DNA of 64,000 nt from Rhodothermales bacterium (GTDB taxonomy: Bacteria; Bacteroidota; Rhodothermia; Rhodothermales; JANQRZ01). The notes under the pieces were generated by a model. That model was not told the origin of the DNA and made no database searches. It saw only the letters and a program-made list of their open reading frames with translations. Below, piece by piece: positions 9,295-16,680 of the stretch (position 1 is the first letter of the stretch; each line of letters begins with the position of its first letter). Location: positions 372,676 through 436,675 of the forward strand of contig JBDUXZ010000005.1 of assembly GCA_039944855.1 (NCBI GenBank), written 5' to 3'. The position numbers and the translations under genes are program-made.

Positions 9295-9837
9295 ATGGAA
9301 ACGCTCCGCGACATCGTCAGCCTCCTCTCTTACTTCGTCCTCCCGGCCATCATCGTCGGCTTCCCGCTGTACGGCCTCTACAAGAAAGTCCCCGTCTACG
9401 AGAGCTTCGTCGAGGGCGCGAAGGAGGGATTCCAGGTCGCCGTCCGCATCATCCCGTACCTCGTCGCCATCCTCTTCGCGATCGGGATGTTCCGGGCGAG
9501 CGGGGCGATGGACTTCCTCATCACGCTCCTCCGCCCCGCACTCGGGCTCATCGGCTTCCCGGCCGAGGTGCTGCCGATGGCGATTGTCCGCCCGCTCACC
9601 GGCTCCGGCTCGGCCGGCATCGTCGTTGACATGATCGCGCAGTACGGCGAGGACTCGATCCTCGTCAAGATGGCCGCCACGATGTTCGGCTCGACGGAGA
9701 CGACGTTCTACGTGATCGCGGTGTACTTCGGCGCGGTGAACATCAAGAAAACGCGCCACGCCGTGCCGACCGGGCTCGTCGCCGACTTCGCCGCGATGCT
9801 CGTCGCCGTGTGGGCCGTCCGCCTCCTCTTCGGCTAG
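9295..9837 (+). CDS. SpmB-like nucleoside-recognition-domain membrane protein
   Basis: 180 aa. PLTGSGSAGI...FGSTETTFYVIAVYFG is typical of SpmB. Adjacent to the SpmA-like gene. Confidence 0.75.
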   Translation: METLRDIVSLLSYFVLPAIIVGFPLYGLYKKVPVYESFVEGAKEGFQVAVRIIPYLVAILFAIGMFRASGAMDFLITLLRPALGLIGFPAEVLPMAIVRPLTGSGSAGIVVDMIAQYGEDSILVKMAATMFGSTETTFYVIAVYFGAVNIKKTRHAVPTGLVADFAAMLVAVWAVRLLFG

Positions 9838-9841
9838 GCCG

Positions 9842-10924
9842 CTACGCCTCGGCCACTTGTTCGAGCCCGAGTTCGATGCAGCGGAGCTGGAGACGGACGG
9901 CAGTGCCGAGGTCGAGCGGGCGGAGCTGGTACGGGGCGAGGTGCTCCCGGATGGACTCCCCGCGCTGGATGCGGAGTTGGAGATCCGCCATCTCGTCGCG
10001 GAGGGCGAGGTACGCCGTCGGGAGCCCCGGCTCGCGGCGGTACGCCCGTTCGATGACGAAGAGCGGCAACTCGGTGACGAGGCAGAGCGGGTAGCGCTGG
10101 CGCGCGGCGTCGTACCCGGCGAGCCGCGCGAGCTCCATCGAGGACGAGAAGAACTTCGCCGCCATCCCGGCGTCGCCGCGCTCGTGGAAGTGGAAGCGCA
10201 TAGCCTTCCCCTCCGGCGTCGTGCAGAAGCCGGGGTCGATGTAGTCGAACCCCTTCTCGCCGCCGCGGTCGTGGTCGTGGAGGCGGAGTCCGGCGTCGCG
10301 GACCGCCTCGACGAACGCCGTGCGGAGGGCCTCCGTGCCTTCAACCCACTGCCGCTCGATGAGGAGGAGGCCGCCCTCGGAGAAGCCCATCCCGTGCAGG
10401 CTCATGTGGAGCGCGAGCGGGGTGTAGTCGAAGAGGTAGCGCGCGGCGAGACGGTTCTCCACGCGCATCACCGGGTAGCCGAACTCGATGTCGCGGCCGG
10501 GCTGCTCGCGGACGCGGTGCCGGAGGTACGCCTCGACATCGGGCCACGCGCCGATCCACGGCTGATTCCGGGCCTCGCCGTCGGGGTTGACGTGGGGCAT
10601 GATGCGGAACGTGAAGCGGTCGAAGAGGTCGGCGAAGCCGTCGCCCTCGGCGAGCCAGTCGCGGTTCGCGAGGCTCTCGAGGATGAACACCCGCAGCGTC
10701 TCCGGGCCGACGGGCTCGTCGGCGTGGGCGCCGGCCATGAGCGTGACCGTCTGCGGCCCGTGGCCGAGCGTGACGCCGTAGATCGGCCGCCCCTCCTCGC
10801 TGGTCCCGAGGTCGTGGAACTGCGCGAGGTCGGCGTTCGAGGCGCAGGCGTGGCGGATCTCGGAGCGGACTTCGTCATCGGTCCGAAAGCGGAGGTCGGT
10901 CACGTCGATCTCGGTGAGTCGCAT
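9842..10924 (-). CDS. M14-family zinc carboxypeptidase-like protein (no signal peptide)
   Basis: The HxxE zinc motif context MAGAHADEPVG and the later HMSLHGMG are M14-like. 360 aa. Confidence 0.65.
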   Translation of the reverse strand: MRLTEIDVTDLRFRTDDEVRSEIRHACASNADLAQFHDLGTSEEGRPIYGVTLGHGPQTVTLMAGAHADEPVGPETLRVFILESLANRDWLAEGDGFADLFDRFTFRIMPHVNPDGEARNQPWIGAWPDVEAYLRHRVREQPGRDIEFGYPVMRVENRLAARYLFDYTPLALHMSLHGMGFSEGGLLLIERQWVEGTEALRTAFVEAVRDAGLRLHDHDRGGEKGFDYIDPGFCTTPEGKAMRFHFHERGDAGMAAKFFSSSMELARLAGYDAARQRYPLCLVTELPLFVIERAYRREPGLPTAYLALRDEMADLQLRIQRGESIREHLAPYQLRPLDLGTAVRLQLRCIELGLEQVAEA

Positions 10925-11007
10925 AAGGAGGAACCTACAGGACGTGCTCGTCGCTGTCGACCAACCGAGCCCGCATCGGGTCGGACGCGCTTGGGGGCCG
11001 GGGATCG

Positions 11008-11733
11008 CTACTCGTTGTTGACGACGAACGGGATGGAGATCTCGCCGAATACGTCGCCGTCATTCGCGCTGACGAGGTCGGCGCGGAAGCGGACGCGGGG
11101 GAGGTCCGCGTCGACGCGCTGGAAGTAGAGGAACCCCTCGACGCGGCCACCGGGGTCGAGCACACCTTCGGGCAGCACCTCCGCGACCATCTCCTCGGTC
11201 GGCAATTCGATGGACTGCCACGCGGTGGCGTAGCGTTCGTAGTAGTACGGGTCGTAGTAGAACGGGTCGGCGTAGGGGCTGATCGTCGGGTAGGCGGAGG
11301 CGTAGTACGGCGCGACGCGGAAGTTGCGGTACTCGAACGCCGGCGCAGTGACGGGGGCGTAGCCGTCGACGAGCGCAGGCTCTTCGACGCTGCCCTCAAC
11401 GCCGTACGGCGGGAGCGCGGCGTAGCGCTGCCCCTGCGGGCCGACGAGCGTGAACTCGTCGTAGCGGAGGCGGACCGGGATCTGACTGTTGTTCTCGATC
11501 ACGACGCGAAGCGGGGTTATTTCGCGCTTGACCTCGGCCATGCCGGGCCACGCCTGCGACTGCACCACCATGCGGACGCCCTCCACCCGGTCGACGGCCG
11601 CGTCCATCATGCTGGCGGCCTCGTCGGCGGCGGGCGCGGGGGCGAGTTCCGTGCCGGGCGCGGAGCAGCCTGCAAAGACCACGGCAGCGAAAAGAATGAG
11701 GGGGAAGAAGAAGGAGCGGAGTGGAGTGCGCAT
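11008..11733 (-). CDS. Hypothetical lipoprotein
   Basis: Lipobox FAAVVFAGCSAP. No family recognised. Confidence 0.6.
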   Translation of the reverse strand: MRTPLRSFFFPLILFAAVVFAGCSAPGTELAPAPAADEAASMMDAAVDRVEGVRMVVQSQAWPGMAEVKREITPLRVVIENNSQIPVRLRYDEFTLVGPQGQRYAALPPYGVEGSVEEPALVDGYAPVTAPAFEYRNFRVAPYYASAYPTISPYADPFYYDPYYYERYATAWQSIELPTEEMVAEVLPEGVLDPGGRVEGFLYFQRVDADLPRVRFRADLVSANDGDVFGEISIPFVVNNE

Positions 11734-11912
11734 GACGAGCAGAAGGGAGAAGAGCGAGCAGAAGAACAGAAATGAGCGAGGCCGAGCACAGCGCGGCGCA
11801 CACGAGGACGACGATAGGGATGGGCCGCCATCACCCTATCGAACACCAAACCCGGTCCTCAGTGTTCCATAATCGCCGGATTTGGGGACTTCCCCTACCC
11901 CCGGCCGTCGCC

Positions 11913-12398
11913 TCACGCCGCGCCCGCCCGGTCCGCTTCGAAGGCCTCGACGCACCGGAGCGCCCACGCCTGCGCCCCCTCGAAGTCGGCGGGAGACGGC
12001 CCTTTGTCGATCTCGAAATGGTCGAGCGCGCGGCGAGCCCCGAACGCGTCGAGCTGATCGGCGAGGCGGTACGCCGCCGTCTGGAAGTACGGGTCGTAGA
12101 GATGGTCGCCGAGGCCGATGATGCCGTACGACACCCCGGAGAGGTCGGGGGCCACGGCGACGAGCGACTCGAAGAACTCGACGGCGTTGTCGGGGAACGT
12201 CCCCTCACTCCACGTGCAGAGCACGGCGATGAGGCGGTCGGCCTCCGCCAGCATCTCCGGCACGGCGTCGGCCATGTCGACGATAAGCGACGTATGCCCC
12301 GCGTCGGCGAGCGCGTCGGCCACCTCGTCGGCGACCCGCTCGGAGTTGCCCGTCTGGGTCCCGACGAGGAGGAGGATGGGAGGCGTGCGGCGTGTCAT
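11913..12398 (-). CDS. Flavodoxin (short-chain)
   Basis: MTRRTPPILLLVGTQTGNSERVA contains the FMN phosphate loop TQTGNS. 161 aa. The longer upstream ORF part is R/P/A-rich junk, so the start is set at ATG 12398. Confidence 0.85.
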   Translation of the reverse strand: MTRRTPPILLLVGTQTGNSERVADEVADALADAGHTSLIVDMADAVPEMLAEADRLIAVLCTWSEGTFPDNAVEFFESLVAVAPDLSGVSYGIIGLGDHLYDPYFQTAAYRLADQLDAFGARRALDHFEIDKGPSPADFEGAQAWALRCVEAFEADRAGAA

Positions 12399-12514
12399 CG
12401 GGCTGGTATGGCCGACCGCGCCGTGCGTTCCGAGTTTTGGGTATGGGGGTGTGGGAGTACGGGAGCGTGGACGTGATTTCTTCTCCCACGTCCACACTCC
12501 CACACGTCCAGACC

Positions 12515-15010
12515 TCAGTCCTCCTTCCCGTCGAGGATGTCTTCGATGCGGGCGCGGGCGTCTTCGAGGTGCAGCCGCGTGGCGCGGTCGCCCGAGACGC
12601 CGCGGCTCCGCAATGCGGCGGCGATCTCCCCGTCGAGGTCCTGCAGTTCGCCGCGTACGAGCGGGCGGATGTCGGACTGGCTCACGTCGACGGGCGTGAT
12701 GCCGACGTAGTAGCGGATGAACTCGCCGTCGGGCACCTCCGGCTCCTCCTCCATGAGGTACTGGAGCCGCTCGATGTAGCCGCGTTGGAGGTTGCGGCGG
12801 AGCGGGTCGACGGGCGCGCCCGCGTCGAGCTCGGCCCACACGCCCTGCCGCACGTCGCCGAGCATCGCCGCCGCCGTGTACACGTCCTCGCCGCCATCGA
12901 TGGCCTCGGCTTCGAGCAGGCGGGCGATCCGGCTCGGGTCGACCAGCCGGTTCAGGATGCTGACCTGCGCCGAGCGGACGCGGTCGAGCGCGCCGGCCGC
13001 CTCGATCCGCCGGAGGATGTCGGTGTCGAGCAGCCACTCGGGCCGCGCGAGCCCGTTCTCGAGGACGAACTGGAGCGCGCGGCGCTGGCGGTCGGCCGGG
13101 ACCGGCTCGTAGACCACGCCCTCCTCGTCGGCCGTCTTGTAGTCGATGAACACGCCGCCGACGTTGCTCCCGGCGTGGTTCATGTAGCGGACCCACTGCC
13201 CGACGACCTGGCCGTAGAGCTCGTCGAGGTTCGCGTAGTCCTCGCCCTCCTCGCTCGTCCACGTCACGAGGCGGTCGGCGATGCGGCGGAGGTTGGCGAG
13301 GCCGTACTCGCCGGCGAGCACGGCGTCGTCGCCGAGGTCTTCGTTCTGCGCGCGCGGGTCGGTGGCGACGGCGGCCTGGAAGACGTAGCGCAGACGCGGA
13401 TCGTCGTTCGCGCGCTGCGCCATCTCGTTGAGGAGCGCCCGCTCGGCGTCGGGGTCGTCGACGCCGGGGAAGCGGCGGTAGCCCCACTCGATCGCGTGGA
13501 TGTCGTACTCCCCGATGTCCGGGGTGAACCGCGTCACGCCGTCGCCGGGCTGCGCGATGTAGTTGAAGCGGGCGTAGTCCATGATCGACGGCGCCGTGCC
13601 GTGCTTCGCGGTGTAGGTCGGCGAGCGGAGGGAATCGACGGGGACCGCGCTCGACGAGTAGAAGTTGTGGTGGAGCCCGATCGTATGGCCGACCTCGTGG
13701 GCGGAGACGAAGCGGATCAGCTCGCCCATCTCGGTGTCACTGAACTCCACCTTCTGCGCGTTCGGGTTCGAGGCGGCGGTCTGCACGAAGTACCAGTTCC
13801 GCAGCAGGTTCATGATGTTGTGGAACCAGCCGATGTCGGACTCGAGGATCTCGCCGCTGCGCGGGTCGTGCACGTTCGGACCGTAGGCGTTCTGCACCGG
13901 CGACGCGAAGTAGCGGATGACGGAGTAGCGCGCGTCTTCCGGGTTGAACTCGGGGTCCTCCTCCGGCGTCGGCGGGTCTTTGGCGAGGATGGCGTTTTTG
14001 AAGCCGGCCGCCTCGAACGCCGGCTGCCAGTCCTCGACGCCCTGCTTGAGGTACGGCCGCCACTTCTCCGGCGTCGCCGGGTCGATGTAGTAGACGATGG
14101 GCTCGACGGGCTCGACAAGTTCGCCGCGCGCATAGGCCTCGGGATCGGACGGTTCGAGCCGCCAGCGGAGGATGTAGCGGCGCTGCTCGGCGCGCTGTGC
14201 TTCCTGCCCGTAGTCGGTCTGCCGGAGGTCGAAGAAGCCGACGCGCTGGTCGAAGAGCCGCGGCTGCATCGGGACGGCGGGCAGGAGCACCATCGAGTGC
14301 GCCATCTCGAGCGAGATCGTGCCCGTGCTGCCCTGCGACGGCGGCTCGGCCGCGCTGTAGGTCAGCACGCTGCGGACCTCGATGTTCTCGGGGTAGCTCG
14401 CGGCGCGTTCGAGGAAGCTCCGGTCGTCGTCGAGCCGGCTCACCTTGTACGCCTCGCGCCGCCCCTTCGGCAGCCCGAGCGGCGCCACGTCCGTCGTGTA
14501 GAGCTTCGTCACGTCGATCACGACGGCCGTCGAGTCCTCGTTCAGCGCCTCGATCGCGAAGCTGGCGACGACGGGCTCGAAGTTCGAATTCCGCACGGCC
14601 TCGGCGATGGGCAGCGAGTCGGCGGCGACGTTCTCGTAGGCGACGGTGCGGAGGAGGACGTTCTTCCCCTTCCGCTCCCAGCGGACGGTCTGCGTGTTCG
14701 CCTCCTCCCCACCGTAGCCGATGTTGTCTGCCGTCCGCGCGATACGCGAGACGAGCAGCATCTCGCGGCGCATCAGGCTGTCGGGGATCTCGAAGAGGAG
14801 CTTCTCGCCCTCGTCGAGGACGTGGATCGTGAAGAGCCCGGTGTCGGTCCCGGTCGAGTCGGTGACGACCTCGTCATAGGGCTTGAAGTCCTTGTCGTCC
14901 TCTTCCTCTTCCTCAGCGTCAGACGCGGTGACTTGGGACGCCCCCGAGCAGCCGACGAAGGCGGTGCCGAAGGCGAGGGCGAGGAGCAGTACGAAGCGAA
15001 GCGATACCAT
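12515..15010 (-). CDS. Zinc-dependent metalloprotease lipoprotein (DUF5117/DUF4953-type met-zincin)
   Basis: Lipoprotein signal MVSLRFVLLLALAFGTAFVGCSG. Zincin motif HEVGHTIGLHHNF. ~831 aa. Confidence 0.85.
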   Translation of the reverse strand: MVSLRFVLLLALAFGTAFVGCSGASQVTASDAEEEEEDDKDFKPYDEVVTDSTGTDTGLFTIHVLDEGEKLLFEIPDSLMRREMLLVSRIARTADNIGYGGEEANTQTVRWERKGKNVLLRTVAYENVAADSLPIAEAVRNSNFEPVVASFAIEALNEDSTAVVIDVTKLYTTDVAPLGLPKGRREAYKVSRLDDDRSFLERAASYPENIEVRSVLTYSAAEPPSQGSTGTISLEMAHSMVLLPAVPMQPRLFDQRVGFFDLRQTDYGQEAQRAEQRRYILRWRLEPSDPEAYARGELVEPVEPIVYYIDPATPEKWRPYLKQGVEDWQPAFEAAGFKNAILAKDPPTPEEDPEFNPEDARYSVIRYFASPVQNAYGPNVHDPRSGEILESDIGWFHNIMNLLRNWYFVQTAASNPNAQKVEFSDTEMGELIRFVSAHEVGHTIGLHHNFYSSSAVPVDSLRSPTYTAKHGTAPSIMDYARFNYIAQPGDGVTRFTPDIGEYDIHAIEWGYRRFPGVDDPDAERALLNEMAQRANDDPRLRYVFQAAVATDPRAQNEDLGDDAVLAGEYGLANLRRIADRLVTWTSEEGEDYANLDELYGQVVGQWVRYMNHAGSNVGGVFIDYKTADEEGVVYEPVPADRQRRALQFVLENGLARPEWLLDTDILRRIEAAGALDRVRSAQVSILNRLVDPSRIARLLEAEAIDGGEDVYTAAAMLGDVRQGVWAELDAGAPVDPLRRNLQRGYIERLQYLMEEEPEVPDGEFIRYYVGITPVDVSQSDIRPLVRGELQDLDGEIAAALRSRGVSGDRATRLHLEDARARIEDILDGKED

Positions 15011-15224
15011 GAGCGGGAGGCGGGTGCGGAATGGGAGGAAGGAGCGGAGACTACGAACGCGCGACGAAGCAGGTGCGAGCGCCGTTGCAGGTCTGTTGCC
15101 AAGCGGTCCGAGAACGGTGCGGGACGCGGGGAAGGGGTGGAGAGAGTGGAGGGGGTGGAGAGTGGAAGGGAGCGCGACGGCCTGCCTACCTTCGACGGTT
15201 TTGCTTGCCTTTCCCTCCTTTCCC

Positions 15225-16529
15225 TCACTGCCCGAGGATATTCGTGACGGCGAGGAGGCGGTCCGTGTTGTACGAGGGGTCGTAGAGGTAGACGAACGCC
15301 GTGTAGAGGTTCGGCTGCCCGAGCCCGGCGGAGCGGCGGATCCGCTCGCGCTCGGCCGGGTCGTCGACGTAATACTGGTAGACGTAGCGGCCCTGCTTGA
15401 TGAGGACCTCGGCCTCGTAACGACCCTCGGCAGCGTTCCACAGCAGTTCGTACGCTGGGTCCACCGCCCAATCGTTGAAGCTGCCGGTGAGGACGACCGG
15501 GCCGGCCGCCGGCTGCTCGTTCTGCGGCACGAAGCGGAAGAGCGCTTGCACGTACTCCGCGCCGATGTCGGCCGGGCCGGGCGCGTCCTGCACGACGGTC
15601 GAGACGAGCGTCCGCCCCGTGAGGTCGCGGTCGAAGAGGTCGCCGCCGAAGCGGGCGTAGTCGAGGTCGAGCGTGACGGCGTACGGCGACGTGTCGAGGC
15701 TGACGTCGACAACCTGCGGGCCGGGCTGGAGGTACGAGAGGTCGAGTTCGTAGAGCGGCCCTTCGAGCGTGAACGCCGTCTCACGCGGGAGGAGGAACTC
15801 GAAGAGGGAGCCGCCGACGAGCGTGGGGTCGGCCGCGCAGCGGGGCACGGCGATGCGGCCGTTGCGGACGAAGCAGACGTTGTAGTCGTAGACGGGGCTG
15901 TCGAAGGCGTCGGGCGGGCGGAGCCGGGCGATGGGCTGGAAGTACGTCGCTGAGCCGAGCCCGCTCCGCACCGTAAAATCGACCTCGGCGGCCTGCTCGG
16001 TGACGAAGAACGCCTGTTCGAAGAGGACGGCCCGCTCGTCGCCGGGGTCCGTCACGCGGAGGATGTAGTTGCCGCTGCGGAGGAACTGGATGTTCTGGTT
16101 GGGGAATTCGTACTCGTAGTGGCTGTAGCGGACTTCGGTGGCGAGCGACGGCTCGTAGTCGAGGATGTCGTCGCTCTGGAACGTCTTGAGGAACTCGACG
16201 GGTAGCAGGTCGCGCTGCCACTGCCGGTCGGCGTGGTAGAAGTAGACGGAGAACGGCTCACCGAAGTCGGCCAGCAGGTCGAACTCGAGCGTGAGCGTCT
16301 GGCCGGAGCTGAGGGGGAGGATCGGGAGCGAGCCCTCGTCGCCGGTCCGGTAGAGCTGGATCGTGCGGACGAAGTCGGCCGGGCGGCTGAGCGTGAGGCC
16401 GGGCGTCGCGGGCACGTCGTACGGCTCGTCGCTCCGCGTCCCCTCTTCGGTGGTGGCGCAGCCCGCGAGCGCGCTCAGGAGGGCGAGCGCGAGGAGGGCG
16501 GGCTGGCGGAGCGCGGAGAGCAGGGGCAT
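15225..16529 (-). CDS. DUF5103 (type IX secretion plug-like) domain lipoprotein
   Basis: Lipobox LLSALAGCAT. IQLYRTGDEGSLPILPL...LEFDLL...YFYHADRQW...YSHYEYEFP follows the DUF5103 pattern as I recall it. Confidence 0.65.
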   Translation of the reverse strand: MPLLSALRQPALLALALLSALAGCATTEEGTRSDEPYDVPATPGLTLSRPADFVRTIQLYRTGDEGSLPILPLSSGQTLTLEFDLLADFGEPFSVYFYHADRQWQRDLLPVEFLKTFQSDDILDYEPSLATEVRYSHYEYEFPNQNIQFLRSGNYILRVTDPGDERAVLFEQAFFVTEQAAEVDFTVRSGLGSATYFQPIARLRPPDAFDSPVYDYNVCFVRNGRIAVPRCAADPTLVGGSLFEFLLPRETAFTLEGPLYELDLSYLQPGPQVVDVSLDTSPYAVTLDLDYARFGGDLFDRDLTGRTLVSTVVQDAPGPADIGAEYVQALFRFVPQNEQPAAGPVVLTGSFNDWAVDPAYELLWNAAEGRYEAEVLIKQGRYVYQYYVDDPAERERIRRSAGLGQPNLYTAFVYLYDPSYNTDRLLAVTNILGQ

Positions 16530-16680
16530 CGGCGTGGGATAACGAGAGCGGGACGGGCGAACGCGGCCCCGGAATATGCCGCGCCAGGCTTCGGAAGGCA
16601 AGCCCTTTCGGACCCGCTTCGCGCGGCGGTCAGGAATCGGGGAAACGCCCGCGCGGACGGCCGTAGTCTGCCTGTCGGCC

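Noticed and set aside
7999-10344. 781-aa ORF on the minus strand spanning the SpmA/SpmB/M14 region
   Set aside because: The translation is an R/A/E/G/D-rich low-complexity string. It overlaps three well-supported genes. This is a typical spurious long ORF in a ~70% GC genome.
12399-13487. N-terminal 363-aa extension of the flavodoxin ORF
   Set aside because: The extension is R/P/A/G-rich and overlaps the 3' end of the protease gene. The flavodoxin fold starts at MTRRTPPILLLVGTQTGNS (ATG 12398).
12392-15247. 951-aa ORF antisense to the met-zincin lipoprotein gene
   Set aside because: It has no recognisable motifs and a V/A/R/D/E-rich composition caused by the complement of GC3-rich codons. 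The opposite strand carries a clear HEVGHTIGLHHNF protease.
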